The notes below the pieces were generated by a model. It was not told where the DNA came from. It saw nothing but the letters and a program-made list of their open reading frames with translations, and made no database searches. Position numbers and translations under genes: made by a program. A stretch of 64,000 nucleotides of DNA from an uncultured archaeon (GTDB lineage Archaea; Asgardarchaeota; Lokiarchaeia; Sigyniarchaeales; SOKP01). Numbering within the stretch: the first letter of the stretch is position 1; each line of letters begins with the position of its first letter. The DNA is taken from assembly GCA_964486045.1 (NCBI GenBank), contig CAZALK010000006.1, positions 96,001 through 160,000 of the forward strand, in the 5' to 3' direction. This document shows positions 19,976 to 29,976 of this stretch, piece by piece.

Positions 19976-21499
19976 TTAATTAAAAAGCTTAAGGAAATCT
20001 GGATTGTCTTTTAAAGGTTTAAAAGATTTTGATTCCTTAATTGTCTTAAACCCGGGATGCGATTTCTTTTTAGCTTCCTTCAAATAATGAATCGCTTCAT
20101 TTATTTTTTCTTTCTTAAGGAAATACCAAGCGATATTTTCGTATATAGCGGGATGCATCTTGTCTAGCTTATTCAATATCTCATCTACAATTTCTTCTAA
20201 AGTTTCATTTATAATATCAGCCACCATGAAAGTATCAGTCATATTAACCCATAGGGAAGGAATCATCGCATTTTTTTCTACTTGCTTTGCAACTATCCTT
20301 GGAATCCCTATATTTATTAAGGTTTTTTTTAATCTTTTTGAACTAGTAATTGGGGATTTATGGTTGGTCCAATAATTTTTTGTTATTGTTAGGGCTTTCT
20401 CACTCGCTTCTTTTGTTTCTTTTCGATTCAAGGCATAAATCACATTCGAAATCGAATACGGATCATCCAAAACTTCTGGGTTCTTAATTGATTGTTCGAG
20501 ATATTTATCTATAATATCTTGACGTCCTGTATAAAATGCAGCTAAGAAAATTCCTGTAATATATAAAGGTTTTATACCGTTATATTCAATTCCTTTCTCA
20601 TAGATAGTTATAGCTTTATCCCATGTATTTTTTGTTCCATATAGATTTGGTAAAAGCTCAAACACCTTATCAGGGCAATTAGGATAGTCCGCTGCTAATT
20701 CAAATATTTTAATTGCTAATTCTATGTTTGAATCTTTTGATTTCTGAACTTGAACTTGAGTGTCAAAGTTTATCGGTTTTAATTTTACATTCGCTATGCT
20801 TTCTCCAATTAAGCTTAAGAGTTTAGCACTCCTTTCTGATGGAATACCATCTACCACTTCTTTAATGTATTGAAAAGGTTTTTTTGTTGTAAAGGAGTTA
20901 ATTATCATTATTGTATATTGCGGTGCAACCTCCAAGAGCATCTCGGGATTCTCTTTATAAGCCTCAAATAATGTTTTCAGTTCTTCTTCATTCAGATAAC
21001 TTAGATATCCTTTGACTGCCAAATATTTCATGACTGTGCTATGACCGCTTGAGAACCTTTCAGCGATCTCATCCTTAAAAACTTTTTTAGCAATTAAATC
21101 TCCCGCTTTCGTCAATTTCTTTAGTAGGGGAAAAGAGAGATTCGAATGAAGAAGCCTTGTGTCATAATTATTCTCAGACCATACTTGCAGGTTGCTACAA
21201 TGCCCCCAAAATTCAGTAGTTGGAGGAACATCAACTGTTTTATTCCCGCGCTCCATCGATTTATCTAATCTTTCAGCGGCTTCATCTATTGATTCGAAGT
21301 TATCAAAGGTTTCAATCTCATCAATTGGGATTTTTAATAATAAATATTTACAATGGTTGAATTTTTGACCGTTTACATAAATAACAGTACTATTTCCTTC
21401 CAATTTTAAGGTAATAAATTCATTGACTTTAAACTCTTGCAAAGGCAATTGTTTTTCAATATATGGGTTCATTTTTTTGACATTTCTCCTTTTTATCAA
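19976..21499 (-). CDS. Lokiarchaeal-type conserved N-terminal domain fused to TPR-like helical repeats (likely start 21472)
   Basis: FKVNEFITLKLE...EFWGHCSNLQVW.ENNYDTRLLHSNL.FPLLKKL, then a TPR-like region ending YENIAWYF...AIHYL. Confidence 0.7.
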   Translation of the reverse strand: MIKRRNVKKMNPYIEKQLPLQEFKVNEFITLKLEGNSTVIYVNGQKFNHCKYLLLKIPIDEIETFDNFESIDEAAERLDKSMERGNKTVDVPPTTEFWGHCSNLQVWSENNYDTRLLHSNLSFPLLKKLTKAGDLIAKKVFKDEIAERFSSGHSTVMKYLAVKGYLSYLNEEELKTLFEAYKENPEMLLEVAPQYTIMIINSFTTKKPFQYIKEVVDGIPSERSAKLLSLIGESIANVKLKPINFDTQVQVQKSKDSNIELAIKIFELAADYPNCPDKVFELLPNLYGTKNTWDKAITIYEKGIEYNGIKPLYITGIFLAAFYTGRQDIIDKYLEQSIKNPEVLDDPYSISNVIYALNRKETKEASEKALTITKNYWTNHKSPITSSKRLKKTLINIGIPRIVAKQVEKNAMIPSLWVNMTDTFMVADIINETLEEIVDEILNKLDKMHPAIYENIAWYFLKKEKINEAIHYLKEAKKKSHPGFKTIKESKSFKPLKDNPDFLKLFN

Positions 21500-22196
21500 T
21501 TTTTTTTATAATTTCATTTAACACTCTACTAGCACTCTCATTGAATCTTAAATTTGCTAATCGATCTAAGGCTGTTTCCCCTCGATTCACGAAAATTAGC
21601 TTAGCATCGTTCTTTTTAGCAGTTTTTGGTAAAGCTCCAGCTGGTTGTGTTATTAAAGAAGAGCCTACCATCAAGAAGACATCGGCTAGTTTTGTATGCT
21701 TAAACGACCTATCTAATTCCTCTTTGGGAAGATCATCCCCAAATTTAATGATAAACGACTTAATGGCACCTCCACAAAAACATTGATTTGGGCGATCCCA
21801 TGTTTTAGTATATTTTTTACCACATTGCTGGCATCTGGCTAAAGTTACATTTCCATGAAGTTCTGCTATTTTTTCATCGTGAATTCCAGAAGTCAAGTGG
21901 AGATTATCGATATTTTGAGAAATAAGAAATTTCAATAGGTTTAGTTCTTGAAGTTTAACTAATGCCATATGAGCAACATTGGGTTTTATATTTTTCCAAT
22001 TGACTGATAATGCATTATAGAGAGTGTCTTTATTAGTTTTTGAGCTCCATATTCCTCTGTAATCAGGAAGCCCAGATTCAGTGCTAATCCCCGCCCCTGT
22101 AAAAGCAACGAGATATTTCGAATTTTTAATCCACTTCGCTGCAAGATCGATGCGTTTTCTATATGAAGTTACTTCTTCACCATCTTTTAGGACCAT
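21456..22196 (-). CDS. cobB: Sir2 family NAD-dependent deacylase
   Basis: TGAGISTESGLPDYRG, SQNIDNLH, ELHG, CxxC...CxC, GSSL. Confidence 0.9.
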   Translation of the reverse strand: MVLKDGEEVTSYRKRIDLAAKWIKNSKYLVAFTGAGISTESGLPDYRGIWSSKTNKDTLYNALSVNWKNIKPNVAHMALVKLQELNLLKFLISQNIDNLHLTSGIHDEKIAELHGNVTLARCQQCGKKYTKTWDRPNQCFCGGAIKSFIIKFGDDLPKEELDRSFKHTKLADVFLMVGSSLITQPAGALPKTAKKNDAKLIFVNRGETALDRLANLRFNESASRVLNEIIKKIDKKEKCQKNEPIY

Positions 22197-22407
22197 CGTT
22201 AATCATTAAGTTTATTTTTCATAAAACCTTCAGAACTAAATAATCCTTGGTTGTAATTTAAGTAAGAAAGTTATACATTTAAATTAAAACCCTTATGAGA
22301 AATCATATGAAAAATATTATAATATTACTTTTAATTCGAAAAACATTTATAATTCCTAAATGAAACTCTAAAAGATCCTAAAGTAGCTTAAAAATTGGGG
22401 AGACTTA

Positions 22408-23268
22408 ATGGTTAAGAGTAAATTAATGAATTTAAAGGAAGCAATTTCAACTTACGTCCAAGATGGAGATCTTATAGGAATTGGGGGGCTTTCTTTTTGG
22501 AGAAAGCCTATTAATGCTTGTAGAGAGATTATAAGACAAAACAAAAAGGATTTAACGATATGTACTTTTGTCGGAGGAATCGATGTCGATATGCTTATAG
22601 CTGGAGAATGTGTTTCAGAAGTAAGGAGTTGCTTTGTCGGACTAGAGATTTTTGGTATGGCTCCAAATTATCGAAGAGCAGTTGAGTCGAGGAAAATTAA
22701 GATTACTGAAGAAAGTGAAGCTACAATTGCTTTAGGATTAAGAGCTTCTTACTTGAAAGTTCCATTCATGCCATTAAAAGGTATTATTGGCACAGATTTA
22801 GAAAAGGTTAGAAACGATATTAAGCAAATTGAAGATCCTCTTGGCTCAGGAACTCAGATTATGGCTGTCCCGAAGATTGATCTGGATGTGGCTATCTTGC
22901 ATGTGCCATATGCAGATGAATTTGGGAATGGAAATATTGCTGGTGCTGTGTGGTTGGATGATGACATGGCTAAAACGGCAAAAAACACTATTATAACATG
23001 TGAAAAATTAGTGGAAATAGAAGACATTAGAAATTTACCCGGTAAAGCGCAATTACCAATGCAAACCACGAATGCGGTTGTTAAAATACCCTTTGGTGCT
23101 CATCCTACTAGTTGTTATCCAACATATACTTATGACTCACATCACATTCAAAAATATCTTAAGGCTAATTTTAATGATTATAAAGAGAAATTTATAGAGC
23201 TCAAAACTCACGCTCAGTATTTAGAAAATACTGGAGGAGCTCAAACTATTTTAGATATACTATTATAA
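22408..23268 (+). CDS. Family I CoA transferase alpha subunit (glutaconate CoA-transferase-like)
   Basis: VQDGDLIGIGG, GLRA..LKVPFMP, ADEFGN, PFGAHPT. Confidence 0.85.
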   Translation: MVKSKLMNLKEAISTYVQDGDLIGIGGLSFWRKPINACREIIRQNKKDLTICTFVGGIDVDMLIAGECVSEVRSCFVGLEIFGMAPNYRRAVESRKIKITEESEATIALGLRASYLKVPFMPLKGIIGTDLEKVRNDIKQIEDPLGSGTQIMAVPKIDLDVAILHVPYADEFGNGNIAGAVWLDDDMAKTAKNTIITCEKLVEIEDIRNLPGKAQLPMQTTNAVVKIPFGAHPTSCYPTYTYDSHHIQKYLKANFNDYKEKFIELKTHAQYLENTGGAQTILDILL

Positions 23269-23288
23269 TCCAATTTAAAGGTAGAACT

Positions 23289-24098
23289 ATGTCTGAGGAA
23301 TTAAAAACAAATAAAACTTTAAATCTGATAGAAAATCGAAGAACCATTCGGGCATATAATAAAAAAGATTTAACCGAGGTTGAAATAAATACTATCTTAC
23401 GAGGTGCAATGAGAGCACCTACAGCTGGAAACATGATGCTTTATACAATTCTCCAAATCACTGACCAAAATCTTAAAAATAAACTTGTAAAAACATGTGA
23501 TAATCAGCCACACATTGCTAAAGCTCCTTTAGTTTTGATTTTTTTAGCAGATATGCAACGTTGGTGGGATTATTTTTCTAATTGTAAAGTTCCTGAATTA
23601 TGTGCAGAACTTAGAATGCAATTTCAAACTCCACAAGAATCTGATTTATTACTTGCTTGTTGTGACGCTTTAATAGCAGCACAAAATGCTGTTATTTCAG
23701 CTGAAGCTTTAGGCATTGGTTCTTGTTATATTGGGGATATTATGGAAAATTATGAGATTCATCGAGAAATGTTCAATCTTCCTAAATGGGTGTTTCCTAT
23801 AGCGATGGTTTGCTTTGGATATCCAAAAGGTAGTAAGGATAAAATTCCTCTAACATCTCGCTATCCTAAGAAATTTATCCATTTTCAGAATAAATATAAG
23901 AGATTAAATGAGCAAGAATTATCAGATATGTTTCAACATGATAATAAAAAAGTAGTTGAAAAAAGAGCTAAGAATTTGGGTCAAGATGTTTATCTTCGCA
24001 AGACTGGTGCTGATTTTTCAATTGAAATGAGACGGTCAGTAAAAGCAGCCCTTAATGTATGGTTATCTGAAAATAATAAATCGGGAAAGAGGGATTAA
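23289..24098 (+). CDS. Nitroreductase / flavin reductase (NfsA-like)
   Basis: RRTIRAY, APTAGN, DALIAAQN..ISAEALGIGSCYIG. Confidence 0.85.
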   Translation: MSEELKTNKTLNLIENRRTIRAYNKKDLTEVEINTILRGAMRAPTAGNMMLYTILQITDQNLKNKLVKTCDNQPHIAKAPLVLIFLADMQRWWDYFSNCKVPELCAELRMQFQTPQESDLLLACCDALIAAQNAVISAEALGIGSCYIGDIMENYEIHREMFNLPKWVFPIAMVCFGYPKGSKDKIPLTSRYPKKFIHFQNKYKRLNEQELSDMFQHDNKKVVEKRAKNLGQDVYLRKTGADFSIEMRRSVKAALNVWLSENNKSGKRD

Positions 24099-24100
24099 TT

Positions 24101-24988
24101 ATGACCGAAAATTCAAAGGATTATACTATAGATGAATTAATGACTGTTTTAATGGCACGTGAAGTCAATAATGATGATGTCATGATCGTTGGAGTTGCAA
24201 CTCCTATGGTTTGGGCAGCTTTTACTTTAGCAAAGGTAACACATGCTCCTGATGCGGTCTATCATTATATTATGGGAAATACATTCGTATTTGAGCCTCG
24301 GCAAGTTAGTTTGTTATATCTTGAAATGAATACCGCTAGAGCATATAGACTCCAGAATAGTGCTGAATGTACGTTGGAATCGCTACCATCTGATAAATTA
24401 ACCACGATAGAATTTTTTAGACCTGCTCAAATCGACCAGTTCGGCAATACAAACAATATTTGTATTGGAGAATGGGATAAGCCAAAAATAAGACTCCCTG
24501 GAGCCGCGGGCATTTTTGATTTTAGCATGTTTTATAAACGGGGATCTTTCCTTTATACTCCTAGACATGATACAAGAACTTTCGTTCCTACTGAAAAATT
24601 GGACTTTGTCTCTGGAGTAGGGTTCCCAAATGGAAAACCTTCGATATGTGGTGGTTCGGGACCTCAGTGTGTTATCACTAATCTCGCATATTTAACTTTT
24701 GATGACGATAATAATAATAAAAAAAGGATGAAATTAGGATCGATGCATCCTGGCGTTAGCCTTGAAACTCTTAAAAATTCAACTGGATTTGAGCTATTGA
24801 TTCCAGATTCTGTGAAGAAAACTAAACCGCCAACTGTTACTGAAATCTCCCTATTGAGGAATAAAGTGGATCCTTTAAATATTAGAAAATTAGAAGTTTC
24901 ATCTGGTAAAGAACGTGAAGAACTCTTAAACAAGGTTATTGATATTGAAATTGGAATGGAAAATAAATACCCTAAATTATTAATTTAA
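24101..24988 (+). CDS. Family I CoA transferase beta subunit
   Basis: AQIDQFGNTN, RLPGAAG, HPGVS, TGFEL. Confidence 0.85.
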   Translation: MTENSKDYTIDELMTVLMAREVNNDDVMIVGVATPMVWAAFTLAKVTHAPDAVYHYIMGNTFVFEPRQVSLLYLEMNTARAYRLQNSAECTLESLPSDKLTTIEFFRPAQIDQFGNTNNICIGEWDKPKIRLPGAAGIFDFSMFYKRGSFLYTPRHDTRTFVPTEKLDFVSGVGFPNGKPSICGGSGPQCVITNLAYLTFDDDNNNKKRMKLGSMHPGVSLETLKNSTGFELLIPDSVKKTKPPTVTEISLLRNKVDPLNIRKLEVSSGKEREELLNKVIDIEIGMENKYPKLLI

Positions 24989-25237
24989 TCGATATTAGAA
25001 AAAATCTCCTCGACAGCCGTTTTTAAACCTTTTTTTGTATCAGAAATAAAAACTTTAGTCACTTTCTTTCCATCTCAAACTTAGACTTAATTAATTTCAA
25101 ACTACTTTAATCTTAAAAGGATTATAAACTTTTCATTCAAGATAGAGAGTTAAAGACCTCAGACAAATTGCTCTTAGAGCCCCAAGATATATTTAAAATA
25201 TATAAAATATAATTATAAATCAAATATAAAAAATAAA

Positions 25238-26224
25238 GTGATAAATATTTCAAAAAATGAAAAAAAACACACCGGAACTCTTATGAAAGCAATGGTATAT
25301 ACAGAATACGGAAGCCCAGAGGTTTTTCATCTCAAGGAAGTAGAAAAACCTACTCCTAAGGACAATGAGATACTCGTTAAAATATACGCATCTACAGTCT
25401 CATTCGGGGTAAGGATAGCTCGAAGTGGTAAGCACCCAGATTCCAAACTATTTACTTTTGCGTCGCGATTCATGTTTGGTCTCAGAAAACCAAAAAAGAA
25501 ATTCCATATATTAGGGTGGGAGTTAGCAGGGGAAATTGAATCAGTAGGCAAAGATGTAAAGTTATTTAAGATAGGTGACCAAGTTTTTGGAACTACCACA
25601 GGATTGAGTACTGGTGCTTATGCGGAATATGTATGTCTGCCTGAAGAATGGCAGAAGGGAGTGGTTGCAGTAAAACCAGTCAATATGACTCATGAGGAAG
25701 CCGCTGCCGTTCCAATTGGGGGAATGGCATCACTATATTTACTTAAAAAAGCAAATATCCAGAAGGGTCAAAAAATTCTTATCTATGGGGCTTCAGGCAC
25801 TTTAGGTACTTTTGCGGTGCAACTGGCTAAATACTTTGGGGCAGAAGTTACCGGAGTATGTAGTACCACAAATTTAGAAATGGTGAAATCTCTGGGAGCC
25901 GATAATCTAGTTGATTACACTAAAGAGGATTTTACTAAAAGTGGTCCGATTTATGATGTAGTTTTTGAGGCAGTAGGCAAGATTTCTTCCTCACGTTGTA
26001 AAAAAACATTGAAGAAAAATGGAACTTATCTTTCTTCTAAATCAATAACAAAGGAAATAACTGAAAACTTAATTTTTCTCAAAGAACTTATTGAAGCGGG
26101 AAAACTTAAATCGGTTATAGACAGGAGCTATCCATTGGAACAGATGGTCGAAGCTCACACTTACGTTGATAAAGGGCATAAAAAGGGAAATGTATCTATT
26201 ACAATTAATGCGGAAGGAACTTAA
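25238..26224 (+). CDS. MDR-family NAD(P)-dependent oxidoreductase, paralog 1
   Basis: [36 protein letters not shown]. Confidence 0.9.
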   Translation: MINISKNEKKHTGTLMKAMVYTEYGSPEVFHLKEVEKPTPKDNEILVKIYASTVSFGVRIARSGKHPDSKLFTFASRFMFGLRKPKKKFHILGWELAGEIESVGKDVKLFKIGDQVFGTTTGLSTGAYAEYVCLPEEWQKGVVAVKPVNMTHEEAAAVPIGGMASLYLLKKANIQKGQKILIYGASGTLGTFAVQLAKYFGAEVTGVCSTTNLEMVKSLGADNLVDYTKEDFTKSGPIYDVVFEAVGKISSSRCKKTLKKNGTYLSSKSITKEITENLIFLKELIEAGKLKSVIDRSYPLEQMVEAHTYVDKGHKKGNVSITINAEGT

Positions 26225-26335
26225 ATTTTTTAATTAGAAAATAAGTATTATCAGTAATTTTTAATTATATTAGCGATCTTTAAAAATGAATTATATTGAA
26301 AATAACCGAATCAAAGTAATCTTGGAGAGCTGCTT

Positions 26336-27313
26336 ATGAAAGGGATTGTGTGGACAAAATACGGGGGTCCTGAGGTTCTTCAGTTCAGGGAGTTGGATAA
26401 ACCTACTCCCCAAGATAATGAAGTATTGATAAAGATACATGCAACAACAGTAATAGCAGGGGACTGTGAGATGCGAAGTTCTAAATTTTCCTCACGTTTT
26501 ATGTGGTTTGTCATGCGAATGTGGCTTGGTCTCAGAAAACCCAAAAGAAATTTACTTGGACAAGAGTTTGCCGGGGAAATTGAAGCAGTAGGTAAAGATA
26601 TAACACTTTTTAGTAAAGGTAACCAAATTTTTGCTAATATTGGTATAGAATTGGGTTGCTATGCAGAATACATTTGTTTACCTGAAGATGGATTGCTGAC
26701 AATAAAACCAGACAATATGACCTATGAAGAAGCAGCTAGCGTTCCTTTTGGGGCTCTTGAAGCATTGGCTTATCTCAGAAAAGCAAATATCCAGAACGGT
26801 CATAAAGTTCTTCTATGTGGTGCTTCGGGAACAGTGGGTACATTTGCCATACAGCTTGCTAAGTATTATGGAGCAGAAATTACTGCAATTGGTAATCCCA
26901 CGAGTTTAGAAGTGATGAAATCTCTGGGTGCAGATAAAATAATTGATTATACTAAAGAGGATTTTACCGCTAAAAGCAGAGAAACCTTCGATGTTATTTT
27001 TGATATAGTAGGCAAAAGTTCTTATTCAAATATTAAAAGATTGCTAAAGAAAGGTGGTGTTTATCTTTTATCCAACCTTAGGATTTCACATCTTCTTCGA
27101 CGTAAACGGTCTTCAATGAAACGAATATTTGGGGCTCAAAACGAAGGGATTGAAGACTTAATTTTTCTAAAAAACCTTATTGAAGCGGGAAAGTTAAAAT
27201 CGGTAATAGATAAAAGATATCCATTCGAACAAATTGTTGAGGCTCACAGTTATGTTGATACAGGGCAAAAGACGGGAAATGTAGTAATAACTTTGGAGCA
27301 TAATAACAAATAA
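26336..27313 (+). CDS. MDR-family NAD(P)-dependent oxidoreductase, paralog 2
   Basis: Same motifs as paralog 1 (GASGTVG). Confidence 0.9.
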   Translation: MKGIVWTKYGGPEVLQFRELDKPTPQDNEVLIKIHATTVIAGDCEMRSSKFSSRFMWFVMRMWLGLRKPKRNLLGQEFAGEIEAVGKDITLFSKGNQIFANIGIELGCYAEYICLPEDGLLTIKPDNMTYEEAASVPFGALEALAYLRKANIQNGHKVLLCGASGTVGTFAIQLAKYYGAEITAIGNPTSLEVMKSLGADKIIDYTKEDFTAKSRETFDVIFDIVGKSSYSNIKRLLKKGGVYLLSNLRISHLLRRKRSSMKRIFGAQNEGIEDLIFLKNLIEAGKLKSVIDKRYPFEQIVEAHSYVDTGQKTGNVVITLEHNNK

Positions 27314-27444
27314 TAATAATAATAATAATAATAAATTTTCAAACTATAAAGGAAAATGACTGAATCAAAATATCTTGAGGGAAAACTCATGAAAGCAATT
27401 GTATATACAAAATACGGACCACCGGATGTCCTTCAGCTTAAAGA
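27300..27444 (+). repeat. 145-bp identical inverted repeat, copy A, containing (TAA)8
   Basis: Exact reverse complement of 31906-32050 by manual comparison. Confidence 0.85.
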
Positions 27445-28384
27445 TGTAGATAAGCCTATTCCCCAGGATAATGAAATACTCATAAAAATACATGCAACAT
27501 CAGTAACCATGGGGGATTGTGAGATGCGAGGTCTCAAATTCTCTGGGATGTTAAAGTACCTCATGCGACTCGGACTTGGTCTCAGAGGACCAAAAAAAAA
27601 ATACTCTATACCAGGACAGGAGTTAGCCGGGGAAATTGAGGCAGTTGGTGGTGAAGTAAATCTGTTTAAGGAAGGTGACTCAGTTTATGCTTCGACCGGT
27701 TTTCATTTTGGTGCTTATGCTGAATATGTAAGTCTACCTGAAGATGCAGAGATAGCAATAAAACCGACCAATATGACCTATGAAGACGCTGCCGTTATTC
27801 CTGTTGGGGGAATGGAGGCATTACATTATATTAGAAAAGCAAATATTCAGAAAGGGCAAACAATACTTATCAGTGGAGCTTCTGGAAGTATAGGTACTGC
27901 TGCGATACAGCTTGCTAAGTATTATGGAGCTGATGTTACCGCAGTTGGTAATCCCACCAGTTTAGAGGTTATGAAATCTTTAGGAGCTGATTATGTAGTT
28001 GATTACACTAAAGAGGATTTTACCCAAAGCGGGGAGACCTATGATGTTATTTTTGATGTGATTGGTAAGTGCTCGTTTACAAATTGTTTAAGTTCGTTAA
28101 ATGAAGGAGGAGTTTTTCTTAATGCTAATCCTCAGCTGACATTGATTAATCATCAAAAAAGGGCTTCAAAGGGAAGCGGAATAAAATTGATAAGTAGGAA
28201 CATGGACAAACCAATGGAAAGGATTGAACAATTGTATAAGCTCAAAGAGCTTATTGAAGCGGAAAAGATAAAATCAGTAGTGGATAAGCGCTATCCACTG
28301 AAACAAATTGTCGAGGCTCATAGCTATGTCGAAAAGGGGCAGAAAACAGGAAATGTGTCTATCTCTTTGGAGGAATATTTATGA
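27356..28384 (+). CDS. MDR-family NAD(P)-dependent oxidoreductase, paralog 3
   Basis: Same motifs (GASGSIG). Confidence 0.9.
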   Translation: MTESKYLEGKLMKAIVYTKYGPPDVLQLKDVDKPIPQDNEILIKIHATSVTMGDCEMRGLKFSGMLKYLMRLGLGLRGPKKKYSIPGQELAGEIEAVGGEVNLFKEGDSVYASTGFHFGAYAEYVSLPEDAEIAIKPTNMTYEDAAVIPVGGMEALHYIRKANIQKGQTILISGASGSIGTAAIQLAKYYGADVTAVGNPTSLEVMKSLGADYVVDYTKEDFTQSGETYDVIFDVIGKCSFTNCLSSLNEGGVFLNANPQLTLINHQKRASKGSGIKLISRNMDKPMERIEQLYKLKELIEAEKIKSVVDKRYPLKQIVEAHSYVEKGQKTGNVSISLEEYL

Positions 28385-29346
28385 AAGCGATTGTGTATAC
28401 AGAATACGGGGGGCCGGAGGTTCTCCATCTCAAGGAGATAGATAAACCTACACCTAATGATAATGAAGTTCTGATAAAAATTCATGCGTCAACCTTAAAT
28501 GCTGCTGATTTGGATTTTCTGAGAGGTAAGATTCAATTCTCTCGAAAACCAAGATATGAGATACTCGGATCTGACATAGCAGGGGTTATTGAAGAGATTG
28601 GCGGAAATGTAAAGGAGTTTCAGCTTGGTGATGAGATATTCTTAGACTCATCCCGGTGCGGTTTTAGCGCTTTTGCTGAGTATGTATGTATTCCTGAAAA
28701 TGCATTAAGACTGAAACCATCCAGCATAACATTCGAAGAAGCAGCAACCTTACCTCAAGCGGGAATCCTCGCCTTGCAGGGTCTTCGCGATAAAAGACAG
28801 ATTCAACCAGGAAAAAAGGTTTTGATAAATGGTGCAGGTGGTGGTGTGGGTACCTTTGCAGTGCAGATTGCCAAATTATTTGGGGCTGAAGTGACTGGTG
28901 TAGACAGCCCGGAAAAATTAGAAATAGTGCGCTCGATTGGTGCTGACCACGTTATTGATTACACGAAGGAGGACTTTACTAAAAATGAGCAGCGTTATGA
29001 CATGATACTTGATGTTGTGGTATCTCATTCTATTTCAGATTATAAGAGCGTTCTGAATCCCAGCGGGATTCTTCGCATGGTTGGAGGTTCTATGAGTAAA
29101 GTTTTCAAAGCTGCATTACTCGGACCATTGATTTCAAGGAATAAAAAAATGACTATTGTAGTGTGGAGACCAAATAAAAAAGAAGATATGCTTTTTTTGA
29201 CAGAACTTCTTGAATCCGGCAAAATAGTTCCTGTTATAGATAAACGTTATCCATTAAGTGAAGTAGCTGAAGCTTTCCGGTATCTTGAAGAAGGACACCA
29301 CAAAGGAAAAATTGTAATTACAATGGAACAAAATAGCAAAACCTAG
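28381..29346 (+). CDS. MDR-family NAD(P)-dependent oxidoreductase, paralog 4
   Basis: Same motifs (GAGGGVG); ATGA overlap with paralog 3. Confidence 0.9.
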   Translation: MKAIVYTEYGGPEVLHLKEIDKPTPNDNEVLIKIHASTLNAADLDFLRGKIQFSRKPRYEILGSDIAGVIEEIGGNVKEFQLGDEIFLDSSRCGFSAFAEYVCIPENALRLKPSSITFEEAATLPQAGILALQGLRDKRQIQPGKKVLINGAGGGVGTFAVQIAKLFGAEVTGVDSPEKLEIVRSIGADHVIDYTKEDFTKNEQRYDMILDVVVSHSISDYKSVLNPSGILRMVGGSMSKVFKAALLGPLISRNKKMTIVVWRPNKKEDMLFLTELLESGKIVPVIDKRYPLSEVAEAFRYLEEGHHKGKIVITMEQNSKT

Positions 29347-29449
29347 CAAAACTCTATGCTCGCTATTCCTGTTGAAGTGTTATAGATTCTGTAATTTAGA
29401 TACTTCAAAATTGATGTATTTCATAGGTACTATATAACTATAAAAATAA

Positions 29450-29854
29450 TTATTGTAGGTTAATGTTTACCTTAAAATTTACGTCAGTTATCCATGAAAT
29501 GGCTGGAATACTCTCTGTACCTGCTGTAAACTCAAACGATCCTAGATTTTGAGACTTCATCACATCAATGATACGGTCTTTTGCTTTCTCTAATAACTTT
29601 TTCAAGAATTTTTCAAGTTTAGACGATTCTTCTTCCACGTTTTCTTCACTTAGAAGATCTTCCCTTTGGTATTCAAAAGTAGCTACTGTACCTACCCCTG
29701 CGATTTTACACGTTATTTCGAGATTTACAACGAAATTTCTTGTTATTGAGTCTAAGATATCCTTGATAGCTCTTAAAAGAGCGCTTTTTATCTCATCAAA
29801 TCCCTTTTTAGACTTTGCTTTCTCTTTAATCATTTCTTTTATTTTTTTTGACAT
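29450..29854 (-). CDS. Hypothetical protein
   Basis: 134-aa Lys/Glu-rich ORF with a GAGG-like RBS upstream. Confidence 0.55.
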   Translation of the reverse strand: MSKKIKEMIKEKAKSKKGFDEIKSALLRAIKDILDSITRNFVVNLEITCKIAGVGTVATFEYQREDLLSEENVEEESSKLEKFLKKLLEKAKDRIIDVMKSQNLGSFEFTAGTESIPAISWITDVNFKVNINLQ

Positions 29855-29976
29855 AAAAACTCTATACCTCTTAACTTTTATAATTATTTGGATTTAAACT
29901 TGCTATTGAATAATGTTCTTAGCTTTTGATGCATAAAAAATAAATTAGATTAAGATTATTATCTAAAAATATTAAT

